A DNA stretch of 16,024 nucleotides from Candidatus Heimdallarchaeota archaeon (GTDB lineage: Archaea > Asgardarchaeota > Heimdallarchaeia > Heimdallarchaeales > Heimdallarchaeaceae): NCBI GenBank assembly GCA_030668825.1, contig DAOVET010000054.1, positions 1 to 16,024 of the forward strand, in the 5' to 3' direction. The position numbers and the translations under genes were made by a program. The notes under the pieces are model-generated. The model worked only from the letters and a program-made list of their open reading frames with translations. It had not been told where the DNA came from and searched no databases. Shown piece after piece: positions 7,160-15,351 of the stretch (within the stretch, counting starts at the first letter, position 1; every line of letters begins with the position of its first letter).

Positions 7160-8611
7160 ATGACTTCAATTACTCTCCATGGTGCTGTTGAAGAAATTGG
7201 TGGGAATAAAATCCTTATAGAAGATGGGGATACAAAACTCTTTTTCGATTTTGGTTTAAGTTTCGGAAAGTATGGTGATTTCTTTTCTCACTATCTCCAA
7301 CCAAGAAGACATAGTATTCTTAGTGACTATATGGATTTAGGATTGCTCCCTAATCTTTCTGGGCTTTATAGACAAGACTATGAAAAACGGTTTCGGGAAA
7401 GTAGTCCTGAGCCAAACTATGATGGGGTCATTCTTTCACATCCTCATCTAGATCATGCAGGATTTCTTTCCTATGTTCGTTCTGATATTCCTGCATACTG
7501 TTCTCCTGGATGCAAAGCAATTTTGCAAGTCTTTGAGGAATCATCATATGGTTTTCATGAATATACTCGACTCAAGGAGTCTTTCAAAATTAGAGAAAGT
7601 AAACGTGATTCAACAAAGATTGTTAAAGATAGAAGTTCAGTTATACCAAGAGAAGTCAATATCTTTAAACCTAATTTCAAAATAGATGATATAACTATCC
7701 ATCCTTTTCCTGTAGATCATTCTGTCCCTGGATCTAATTCTTTTGTAATAGAAACCTCGGAAGGGTCTATTGTTTATACAGGTGATATACGTTTTCATGG
7801 TCTAAAAGGGAATTTCAGTCAATTCTTCGTAGAAAAAGCAGCAGCTTTTGATCCGGATATACTCATCAGTGAGGGGACTAACATTCAAGATACCAAAAGT
7901 TATGGGGAACTTGACCTTCAACAAGATTTGTTCTCAGTACTAGAAAATGTACGAGGTTTAGTAATAGTAAATTTTCCTGTAAGAGATACAGATAGGATGC
8001 GTTCTTTCATAGAGGGAGCAAAACATACAGATCGCTCCTTGGTAATTAATATGAGACAAGCCTATACTCTCAAAACCTTAGCGGAAAATGGTGTTACACA
8101 TGTACCAAGATTAGATGAAGTGAAAATCTTCGTTCCAAGGAAAGGTTGGGGTGTTATTAATGATATGAATTATCCAATAGAGATTCAAATGCAAGATTAT
8201 CATAGTTGGGAAAACCAATTTATTGAACAAAATAACAGTGTAACAGCTGATGAAATTAGTAGCAGTCCAGAAAAGTATATTTTCAGATGTGACTTTTTTG
8301 AATTGAAGTATCTTTTTGATATTAAGCCACCCCAAGAATCAATTTACATTAGATCTATAACTGAACCTGTTGATGAAGAAATGGAATTAGATCAGATAAA
8401 AGTTGATAATTGGCTCAAGCATTTTGGTCTTTATCCATATATACAACTTCATTGCTCTGGTCATGCTTCTGGGTATGAAATCCAAGAAATGGTGAAACAA
8501 CTCAACCCTAAGAAAGTAATTCCTGTTCACACAGAAAAACCAGCTGAATTCAGTTCGTTCCATGGAGATGTGATTCTAAAGGGATTAGGAGAAAAATATA
8601 CTTTAAGCTAG
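7160..8611 (+). CDS. MBL-fold beta-CASP ribonuclease (RNase J-like)
   Basis: EIGGNKI, FDFG, SHPHLDH, DHSVPG, YTGDIRFHG, SEGT, HCSGH, IPVHTE. Confidence 0.9.
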   Translation: MTSITLHGAVEEIGGNKILIEDGDTKLFFDFGLSFGKYGDFFSHYLQPRRHSILSDYMDLGLLPNLSGLYRQDYEKRFRESSPEPNYDGVILSHPHLDHAGFLSYVRSDIPAYCSPGCKAILQVFEESSYGFHEYTRLKESFKIRESKRDSTKIVKDRSSVIPREVNIFKPNFKIDDITIHPFPVDHSVPGSNSFVIETSEGSIVYTGDIRFHGLKGNFSQFFVEKAAAFDPDILISEGTNIQDTKSYGELDLQQDLFSVLENVRGLVIVNFPVRDTDRMRSFIEGAKHTDRSLVINMRQAYTLKTLAENGVTHVPRLDEVKIFVPRKGWGVINDMNYPIEIQMQDYHSWENQFIEQNNSVTADEISSSPEKYIFRCDFFELKYLFDIKPPQESIYIRSITEPVDEEMELDQIKVDNWLKHFGLYPYIQLHCSGHASGYEIQEMVKQLNPKKVIPVHTEKPAEFSSFHGDVILKGLGEKYTLS

Positions 8612-9360
8612 CGTAAACAGGTTAGAAATCTTCCGCCATCTATGCTAACAGTTTCTCCTGTCATCCAAAGAGCTTTTTCGGAAGCTAGGAATAATATCAA
8701 ATCTGCTATTTCTGTAGGTGTACCAACTCTCCCAAGAGGATGAGTTTCTTTACTATGTTCTAGGAAATTGCTATATTGTTCTTCATTCATACCACTAGCC
8801 CTGTGAAGATTAGTTACAACAACTCCTGGATTCACAGCATTTACTCTAACCCCAAATGGTGCTAATTCAAGAGCTGAGCACCTAGTTAAATGATCAACAG
8901 CTGCTTTACTAACACAATACGATAAAACACCTGGGAAGGCTCTTAAACCGGTTACACTTGAAACATTGACAATGTTACCCTTGCTCTCTTTTAGGAAAGG
9001 AACAGCTGTTTGCATAAGTACAAAAACAGATCTTAGATTCACATCCATCATTCTGTCGAAATCATCAATTGATGTATTCATAATACTTCCAGTTTCAATA
9101 ATGCCAGCTGCATTAACTAAGATATCAATTTTATTCCACTCCAGAATTGTTTCACCTATAATTTGCTCTGCAGCTGCTTTAGTTGTTATGTCAATTGCGA
9201 TATATTTTGCATTTATTTCTTCTGAAATTTCCTTCAATCTTTCTTTAGATCTTGCGACCAGCAACACATTTGCATTCTCCTTCTTGAAAGCCCTTGCAGT
9301 AGCAAGACCTATTCCAGAGCTTGCACCAGTAACGATAACTGTCTTCCCTTCAAATGACAT
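8608..9360 (-). CDS. Short-chain dehydrogenase/reductase (classical SDR)
   Basis: TGASSGIG, NAAG, VNVSS, catalytic YCVSK, NAVNPG, TGETVSIDGG. Confidence 0.95.
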   Translation of the reverse strand: MSFEGKTVIVTGASSGIGLATARAFKKENANVLLVARSKERLKEISEEINAKYIAIDITTKAAAEQIIGETILEWNKIDILVNAAGIIETGSIMNTSIDDFDRMMDVNLRSVFVLMQTAVPFLKESKGNIVNVSSVTGLRAFPGVLSYCVSKAAVDHLTRCSALELAPFGVRVNAVNPGVVVTNLHRASGMNEEQYSNFLEHSKETHPLGRVGTPTEIADLILFLASEKALWMTGETVSIDGGRFLTCLR

Positions 9361-9619
9361 AATTAAACTGCAGTATAAAAGGTAAATAACTTTTCGGATT
9401 TGGAGGATAAAATTTTAAATGATTAGCTACAATTTACAAGTATGTTACAGGCGTTATTCTGGATTTAATCAATAAATGCGATATTTCTAATTCTACATGA
9501 GATTGAATCTGCTTATTGGAAGGAGTGGGAGTTGTTCAAAATGAAAGGAGGAATAACTGGATTCGTAATCTTGCATATACCAATACTTGCTTTGATTTTT
9601 CTGGGTTTAATTACTTTAT

Positions 9620-9852
9620 AACCTGTTTTTTGTACATTTTTTTGGTATTTAAATAGGGTAGTGTAGATTATAAGTTGAAGGATTATAGCTATGCACCAGT
9701 ACTATGGTGATCCTCGGGGCTATATCCAACGAACTTCCAAAAGCGAACCGTAAGCATCTTAGTAAGAGGATGTGGGCGGTGTAGGAGGGGATGTGGCGTC
9801 CCCATGATGTGCCTTGGGCACTTCTAAAGAATTTGTACAAAATTCATGTCAT
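9620..9852 (+). mobile_element. Non-autonomous, protein-free IS200/IS605-type mini-element carrying an omegaRNA-like scaffold
   Basis: Precise removal restores the host frame. Junction register TTTAT|AACC...GTCAT|ATGA (ATA microhomology allows a 3-nt slide). Internal homology to both tnpB 3' ends; TTTGTACA near both ends. Confidence 0.8.
9648..9655 (+). promoter_or_regulatory. Putative TATA box inside the mini-element
   Basis: TTTAAATA about 20-25 nt upstream of the start of the structured region (about 9674-9680). Confidence 0.45.
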
Positions 9853-9872
9853 ATGATCCTTCCCGAACTGGT
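9674..9872 (+). ncRNA. Putative stand-alone omegaRNA: 5' extra domain, scaffold to 9852, guide about 9853-9872
   Basis: 9738-9804 aligns without gaps to 5345-5411 and to 13435-13369 (44/67 identities vs copy 2), with covarying stems. Loop GTGGC (9793-9797) pairs with terminal GTCAT (9848-9852). Confidence 0.75.
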
Positions 9873-10151
9873 ATGGTTGTATCAATTCTTTTGTGTGCTG
9901 GAGGTATCTTTGCGTTTTCAATTCACACATATTTCATCAAACAAGGAAAAGAAGAATTTACTCTACCTATATCTAAAATACTTCTTTGTATCATTCTCGT
10001 GCTTTCTGTTGCTCAATTAGTAATTACAATACTAGCAATAATCAAGTTTGATCCATTATACGTTATCTCTTAGTAGTATTTTGTGATAACTTCTTTTCTT
10101 TTTTAGGGAAAAAAATATAAACATAAGCAATGTATTCACATCTTGATAGTA

Positions 10152-10364
10152 ATGTCAATTAAAGAATATGTTTCTGATGATTGGACAATAACAATTGATC
10201 ATGATAAATGCGTTGGAGCTGGAGATTGCGTTGATGTCTGTCCCTCTGATGTGTTTGTACTAGTAGATGGTAAATCGACCGCACCCAATGTTGATGACTG
10301 TATCGAATGCTGTGCTTGTATAGGGGCTTGTCCAGTCGAGGCTATAGAACATACTAGCTGCTAA
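10152..10364 (+). CDS. Dicluster ferredoxin (probable [3Fe-4S]+[4Fe-4S])
   Basis: CVGAGDCVDVCP and CIECCACIGACP motifs; ATG at 10152. Confidence 0.9.
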   Translation: MSIKEYVSDDWTITIDHDKCVGAGDCVDVCPSDVFVLVDGKSTAPNVDDCIECCACIGACPVEAIEHTSC

Positions 10365-10812
10365 ATTTAATATCTGCTAAGCTTTCAATTTTTTCTTTTT
10401 CTACTTCCTTAAAGGTAAATAGACCTTTTGTACAAATATCTCCCGCTGAATCATGAATGTAACCTTGAATGAATATATGTCTCCCTTCTACTTTTTGTAT
10501 TTCTCCCACTATTTTAATTGTATCTCCAATGTAAACAGGTTTTAGAAAGTTCATTTCTACTTTAACTGTTAACCCTGTTTTTTCTAATAAAGTAATCATG
10601 GCCCAACCACTGACTTCATCTAGAAGGACAGTTTGTAAACCTCCGTGAGCAATTTTTCCCCATCCACCCCAAGTGTCTGGTACCTCAAAATCTGCTCCTA
10701 AGGATTTTTCTGAAATCTTGTAGAAGTTTAGTTTGGCTCCAATAGGATTGGATTCTCCACACCCAAAACAGTAATCATTGATTCCCAATTCTTTATCGAT
10801 ATATTCTTTCAT
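10354..10812 (-). CDS. PaaI-family (hotdog-fold) thioesterase
   Basis: CFGCGESNPIG, HGG...LLDE, 'M.FLKPV..G'. Confidence 0.9.
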   Translation of the reverse strand: MKEYIDKELGINDYCFGCGESNPIGAKLNFYKISEKSLGADFEVPDTWGGWGKIAHGGLQTVLLDEVSGWAMITLLEKTGLTVKVEMNFLKPVYIGDTIKIVGEIQKVEGRHIFIQGYIHDSAGDICTKGLFTFKEVEKEKIESLADIKFSS

Positions 10813-10955
10813 TATGTTATGTTATAGCATAGGCATATCATTTTTTCTGTTTTAACATAGAAAGAAAATTGGGAAAGAGAATTAAATCTTTTTCTTCAAA
10901 TAACTTAAGGAAAACGCAGCAAAAGTTTTTGAAATACATCATACAATAAATCTTT

Positions 10956-11174
10956 ATGTCAACTGATACTAAGAAAATCTTGGAAATAAAAATTGATATG
11001 ATTATACTAATTATTGCTGGACTTCTAGGTTTGATCGCTTCCTTTATTTTGGTTTTTATACCTGATATTAATTCTACTATTGCCATTATTACAGCAATAT
11101 TTAGTAGTACAGCGCTTGTCATTGCTGCCATAGAAGGTGTTGGAAAAACAATTGTTGAAAAATTCGAAAAATAG
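10956..11174 (+). CDS. Small two-TM hypothetical membrane protein
   Basis: 72-aa ATG-started ORF with two hydrophobic segments and charged termini. Confidence 0.6.
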   Translation: MSTDTKKILEIKIDMIILIIAGLLGLIASFILVFIPDINSTIAIITAIFSSTALVIAAIEGVGKTIVEKFEK

Positions 11175-11303
11175 GATTAGATTCACCACTACCAAAATAA
11201 CAACCATTAAAACCTAAATATTTGTCAATGTATTCTTTCATTAAAATAAAATGAGATTTGAATTTCTTTCTTCTGTTTAAAAATGGCAGAAGTTAGAAAA
11301 ATG

Positions 11304-11600
11304 TTAGTCTTTTTCTTTAGCAGGGATTGCTAGTTTGTATGCTTTTATTCCACCAGATATCAACATAGCAATACCACATGCAAGTAGTGGAAATAGAATA
11401 ATTAGCCAGATTATCAAAAGAGGGTCACCTACTCTATCTTCTTTTGGAATATGAACGAGTTTGTTATAGAACCAGTAGTAAAATCCGTCCCAACCTAAAT
11501 AGAATCCCATTAATATCAATAGGATTGATGCTCCTCCTAAACCCTTTCCAACCTGTTTGAAGAAAGCTTTTCTTGTATCTTTATCGTATCTGACACTCAT
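11304..11600 (-). CDS. Hypothetical two-TM membrane protein
   Basis: 98-aa ORF with two hydrophobic helices; TTTAAA upstream on the minus strand. Confidence 0.7.
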   Translation of the reverse strand: MSVRYDKDTRKAFFKQVGKGLGGASILLILMGFYLGWDGFYYWFYNKLVHIPKEDRVGDPLLIIWLIILFPLLACGIAMLISGGIKAYKLAIPAKEKD

Positions 11601-11705
11601 TGAACTTCAAAATGCAGAAAAAAAGACACTTTAAATCTTTTTTGCTCGAGTAAAAATTACCTAAAAGCAAGATTTATCTTTTGTTAGGTAAAAAGAATAT
11701 CAGAA

Positions 11706-12515
11706 ATGACTAACGAAAATACAATTCCAAGTGAAAGGGAATTATTAGACTTGAATGAATATGGCTTTTATTACCATATGCCAGATTCTGAAGTTGTATT
11801 AAATGAGTTAGGTTATTTCATAAAAAATAAATCTATTGAAACTTATAGCTACGTTGTTCCAAAAAGATATGGAGATGAAAATTTCCAAGAACTTCTAGAT
11901 TTTACACATTCTTACTTCTCAGATGGTAAGGAATATTATATTATCAAAGTGTATAACAATGATACTTATCAGAAGAATTCAAAGATTTTGAGAAATAAGA
12001 AACTAATTCAGTACCATTTAGATACTGTTGTAATGTCATGGAGCGGCGATAACAAAGATAAACTTACTCCCCATTCATCTCTTGAAATTGACTTACTCTC
12101 CCTGAAGAAAGTTGATCGTTGGGTATCTGTCTTTTTTGATTCATTTATCTACCCATCTCATCTGAAAAAATACATAACTTCAATGGTAAAGAAGCAACAT
12201 GAGAACGGGATTGAGTTTTATGTAGGTAAGGTTTCTAATAAGGATGTGAGCTGCTTCTGCTCGTTTAAGGATAAGAACTATATTGGACTATACGGAGTAG
12301 GTACTAAGCAAAAATATCGACGAAAAGGGTATGCAAAAATCATGATGTCAAATTACTTTGCAGATAAGATTCAATTGGAACCTCATCTCCGTTTTTGTCT
12401 TCAAGTTCAGAAAAATTCTGGAGCTGAATTACTTTACAAAGGGATTGGTTTCGATTCACCATATCTTCAGAAAAGATTTGATTGGGATCCCTCTACCTCA
12501 AATATTTTACTTTAA
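11706..12515 (+). CDS. GNAT-family N-acetyltransferase
   Basis: C-terminal 'GLYGVGTKQKYRRKGYA' (motif A) and 'AELLYKGIGF'. Confidence 0.85.
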   Translation: MTNENTIPSERELLDLNEYGFYYHMPDSEVVLNELGYFIKNKSIETYSYVVPKRYGDENFQELLDFTHSYFSDGKEYYIIKVYNNDTYQKNSKILRNKKLIQYHLDTVVMSWSGDNKDKLTPHSSLEIDLLSLKKVDRWVSVFFDSFIYPSHLKKYITSMVKKQHENGIEFYVGKVSNKDVSCFCSFKDKNYIGLYGVGTKQKYRRKGYAKIMMSNYFADKIQLEPHLRFCLQVQKNSGAELLYKGIGFDSPYLQKRFDWDPSTSNILL

Positions 12516-13213
12516 TCTATTCCCTTCCATTCTTTGTCAGCTTCTTGGAGATCTTTAGGACTATCAATGCTTCTCCAATAGAATTGGGGATCAACTCTGA
12601 AAGCTTTTAGCTGTTTTTCCTTTGCTAACTCTACGAAAATTGTTTCTTCCATTTGCCCTATTTTGGGAAACCTATCCAAAATATCAGTTTTGAATAAGTC
12701 AATACCTGCATGTATCCAGTGGTCTAGTATAGGTTTTTCTCTGAATTCAGATATACAATCATCATTTTTTATTTCAACGATTCCAAATGGACTTCTCATT
12801 TTAACAACGGCTATTGTTCCAAGTTCTTTGCTTTCAATATGATGCTTAACAAGTTCATCTAGGTTGAAATTAGTCAATATATCCCCATTCATAATAACAA
12901 CATTATTACTCGATACAAAACTCTGTGCTAGATTTATTGCTCCTCCTGAACCGAGTTTCTCTTTTTCTTTACTATAACTAACTTCTATAGGCCCATAGGG
13001 TGTTTCATACACTCTTCCAAACTGCTCTTCAATATATCCCGCTAGATATCTTACAGCTAAAATAGCATGAGTTATGTTATATTTTCTTAACCATGACAAT
13101 TCCCAAGCTAAAATGGTTTTTCCCATGATTTCAACCATAGCTTTTGGATAACTGTCTTGAGTAACAGTTCGGATTCTAGTTCCTAGTCCTCCACAGAGTA
13201 TAATCGAGTCCAT
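12512..13213 (-). CDS. Sugar-phosphate nucleotidyltransferase (NDP-sugar synthase family)
   Basis: IILCGGLGTRI, PKAMV, EKEKLGSGG, NGDI, FREKP, AGI.LF, YWRSIDS. Confidence 0.92.
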   Translation of the reverse strand: MDSIILCGGLGTRIRTVTQDSYPKAMVEIMGKTILAWELSWLRKYNITHAILAVRYLAGYIEEQFGRVYETPYGPIEVSYSKEKEKLGSGGAINLAQSFVSSNNVVIMNGDILTNFNLDELVKHHIESKELGTIAVVKMRSPFGIVEIKNDDCISEFREKPILDHWIHAGIDLFKTDILDRFPKIGQMEETIFVELAKEKQLKAFRVDPQFYWRSIDSPKDLQEADKEWKGID

Positions 13214-13261
13214 GCTTTAATCGGTTTGAAGGAGGTTAAATAAGTTTTTGCCAATTTCCCC

Positions 13262-13435
13262 CTAGTAATTACACAAAATTAATGATGTGTAGTTATCACC
13301 TTGTCGTCATTGACAAGGATAGTTGAGAGTCTTTCTTAGAGGTTCATTGCTTGTAAGCTCACTCTGAGTGGATACATCACGTATCCTCCTACCCCGCCCA
13401 CACTTCTAGGTGGAAGTGCTTGCGGATCGCTTTTG
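13262..13435 (-). ncRNA. Putative omegaRNA of tnpB copy 2: scaffold about 13435-13282, guide about 13281-13262
   Basis: Same stems as copy 1 (GCACTTC/GAAGTGT; GGATAC-GTGAT-GTATCC; CCTTGTC/GACAAGG at 13299-13318) and terminal CATCAT. Confidence 0.75.
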
Positions 13436-14589
13436 AGTAAAATATTAAAGGCTGCATTCACATCAGCATTAATGTAAATTCCAAGGGAAGATTTGAAGAG
13501 TCCCCGAGTCACTCGTTGCCCTGCATAGTTTTGGTGCTTTTCTGGAAATTCGTTATCAAGAAAACTGCATTTAGAAGTATATTCTTCAGGAATAGTTTCA
13601 ACAATAATTCCAACATCTGCAGCTTTGTATTTCAATAACTTAATGAATTTAAGATAAGGGATTGTGACAAACATCTGGGTGATTTTTTTCGAGAAATGGG
13701 CTTTATGCTTCCACATGGGATTATACCCTATGTTCACCTCATCTAATTCCCGTTCCACCCACAGATCGATTAAAAATCTTGTGAGTTTATGGAGAGAATC
13801 CTTCATCTTCTTACGCCAGTCTTCCCGCAACTTATAATATGCTGGACCATAACGCAATCTATTCTTTTGTTTCAATTGCTTAAGTTGTTGTTGCACATAT
13901 TGTGCTCGTAGTTGAGTTTGTTTTTTTAAATAATACTGTGTAATTGATTTTATTCCTTTCCCTGTATCTTTAACAACAATCGGTCTATTCCCGAGGTTAT
14001 CCACAAAAGTCACAAGGTTCACCATCCCTAAATCTATAGCTCCCTTTCGTTTTGATTTTTTTCTTGGTTTTGGTATGGTCTTCTGGTAGACAAGTTCGAT
14101 AGTATACCCCACCCTTCTTGGAACGATTCTTACTTCTTGAAGTTTGGTAACGCAAGTGAGTCTAGTTTTATAGAAGAAAGGTACTTTCTTGGGTAAGATA
14201 AGCCACCCATTAACTATCCTAGCTTGTTGGTTTGTTAAAATAGCTACAACTTCACCATCTTTAGCTTTGTAGTTTGGTGGACGGGGCATAGCAAAGAAAT
14301 TTGAGGGTTTTTTTCGCCATTCTTTTTTAGCTTCGAAGTATCCTTTCCAGTTTCGAGTTAGAAGCTTGAGAGTATGTTGAGCTGTATGTACTGGAAGTAC
14401 TCTATAACATGTTTCGTGGTTGAGGATAGAATTAAGATTGTAATAATAGGGGAGTTTTCCATCCTTCTCCCAAGCGGTTTTCACTAAATAATTCGCTCGA
14501 TTGTAGAGATTTTTCACTTGATGGCAGAGAGTACTTAACGCTTGATGGTACTTCACTTCTATACATTCTACCCTTAGTACTTCTACCAT
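13336..14589 (-). CDS. tnpB: RNA-guided endonuclease TnpB (rearranged RuvC-II type)
   Basis: GAIDLG, NIGYN..WK, EEYTSKCSFLD, NADVNAAFNI; 69/91 identical to copy 1 over the N-terminal 91 aa (hand count). Confidence 0.95.
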   Translation of the reverse strand: MVEVLRVECIEVKYHQALSTLCHQVKNLYNRANYLVKTAWEKDGKLPYYYNLNSILNHETCYRVLPVHTAQHTLKLLTRNWKGYFEAKKEWRKKPSNFFAMPRPPNYKAKDGEVVAILTNQQARIVNGWLILPKKVPFFYKTRLTCVTKLQEVRIVPRRVGYTIELVYQKTIPKPRKKSKRKGAIDLGMVNLVTFVDNLGNRPIVVKDTGKGIKSITQYYLKKQTQLRAQYVQQQLKQLKQKNRLRYGPAYYKLREDWRKKMKDSLHKLTRFLIDLWVERELDEVNIGYNPMWKHKAHFSKKITQMFVTIPYLKFIKLLKYKAADVGIIVETIPEEYTSKCSFLDNEFPEKHQNYAGQRVTRGLFKSSLGIYINADVNAAFNILLKSDPQALPPRSVGGVGGYVMYPLRVSLQAMNL

Positions 14590-14611
14590 CCTTCATTAAG
14601 CTAGAGTTGAA

Positions 14612-14625
14612 TATAAAAACCCCTG
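14612..14625 (-). promoter_or_regulatory. BRE/TATA promoter of tnpB copy 2
   Basis: Minus-strand CAGGGG-TTTTTATA; the TATA 3' end (14612) is offset 23 nt from ATG 14589, the same spacing as in copy 1. Confidence 0.65.
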
Positions 14626-14734
14626 TAATTCCTTTATATTGCTCTTGTACTCTTGCAATTATTGTGAATTCTTAGTAAGGAGAGAAGGAGACAGAGACAA
14701 CTTTTATAATGAAGGAAATTCTCGTCTAAACATC

Positions 14735-15316
14735 ATGGAAGGTACAACTAAAACTCCCTTAGAAGAATTCATTGAACTCTACTCGCATATTAAAGATAAA
14801 TTCGCAGAACTTCCAACAGTATTAACAAAGCTTTCGAGTTATTCTGATGAAATAGTTAAAGAAAACACAGACTTGAAATCCAAGCTTAAGGAGATAGAAG
14901 AAAAATTCTCTAAACTCAAAAAAGAATATGAGGCAAAGGATAATTCTATTGAAGATGCTTTGAAAGAAGCTAATCAATATAAAATCAAGTTTGAAAGTGT
15001 CGAAGAACAGATGAAAGGGTTGCGTAAGATATATGAAGAAATGGCTCAAGAAAGAGCTGAAGATATCGAAATACAAGATCTTCTAGCAATCTATACTGTT
15101 CTTTTTGAAAAGGTCTTTGCAGCTAATCCCCACACTAAAATTCTCTTGTTACTCCAAGGTATCGACAAGGAAGAATGGACAAGGGATGAGCTAGTTAAAA
15201 CCACTGGATTCTCTCCTGCAGCTATTATTAAATCGCTTCATGATCTGCGAAACAGCGGTATTGTTGAGACAGATGATTCTGCTACTAAGGTTAAACTAAT
15301 TAAAAAACTGGCTTAA
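14735..15316 (+). CDS. Coiled-coil protein with C-terminal winged-helix-like domain
   Basis: E/K-rich heptad region followed by 'PHTKILLLL...WTRDELVKTTGFSPAAIIKSLHDLRNSGIVE'. ATG 14735 is preceded by TTTTATAA at 14702-14709. Confidence 0.8.
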   Translation: MEGTTKTPLEEFIELYSHIKDKFAELPTVLTKLSSYSDEIVKENTDLKSKLKEIEEKFSKLKKEYEAKDNSIEDALKEANQYKIKFESVEEQMKGLRKIYEEMAQERAEDIEIQDLLAIYTVLFEKVFAANPHTKILLLLQGIDKEEWTRDELVKTTGFSPAAIIKSLHDLRNSGIVETDDSATKVKLIKKLA

Positions 15317-15351
15317 TGGAGTTCTAATTCTAAAGAAGTAATATAGACTCC

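Larger units (their letters stand above)
9442..10073 (+). pseudogene. DUF6713-like membrane protein gene, split by a 233-bp insertion and carrying an early stop
   Basis: ATG 9442 gives MLQALFWI*SINAIFLILHEIESAYWKEWELFKMKGGITGFVILHIPILALIFLGLITL. Removing 9620-9852 restores an in-frame join to YDPSRTGMVVSILLCAGGIFAFSIH... up to TAG 10073. The HE..SAYW.EW.LF motif was recognised from memory; TAA at 9466-9468. Confidence 0.8.
13282..14629 (-). mobile_element. IS200/IS605-family solo tnpB (IS1341-like) element, copy 2
   Basis: Flank homology with copy 1; sits in the intergenic region between two divergently transcribed host genes; no tnpA. The left boundary is uncertain. Confidence 0.75.

Noticed and set aside
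9619-9851. Classical TIR MITE (TAACCTGTTTTTTGTACA vs reverse-complement TGACATGAATTTTGTACA) with TA/ATA duplication
   Set aside because: The IR is imperfect and largely due to the palindrome TGTACA. Its register with a TA duplication would not restore the host frame. The omegaRNA homology and TTTAT/TCAT ends explain the element better, although the MITE reading is not fully excluded.
9620-9852. Self-splicing or BHB intron, or RNase P/SRP RNA
   Set aside because: No group I/II, BHB, RNase P or SRP hallmarks were seen, and the host gene has an additional nonsense codon.
9649-10020. ORFs 9649-9840 (-) and 9814-10020 (+)
   Set aside because: Shadow frames over the RNA element and the pseudogene, with no protein motifs. 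ORF 9846-10073 is the 3' half of the split gene.
4151-14629. Composite transposon carrying the enclosed genes
   Set aside because: The copies are diverged, their right ends face inward, there is no transposase, and the cargo looks like host genes.
14656-14664. AATTATTGT match to part of guide 1 upstream of tnpB copy 2
   Set aside because: Only 9 AT-rich nt, not in the seed region, with no adjacent TAM.
20-15076. Short overlapping ORFs 20-208, 3348-3569, 6945-7154, 7455-7685, 8111-8335, 8966-9385, 10838-11131, 11025-11207, 12358-12558 and 14822-15076
   Set aside because: Antisense or alternative-frame shadows of better supported genes.
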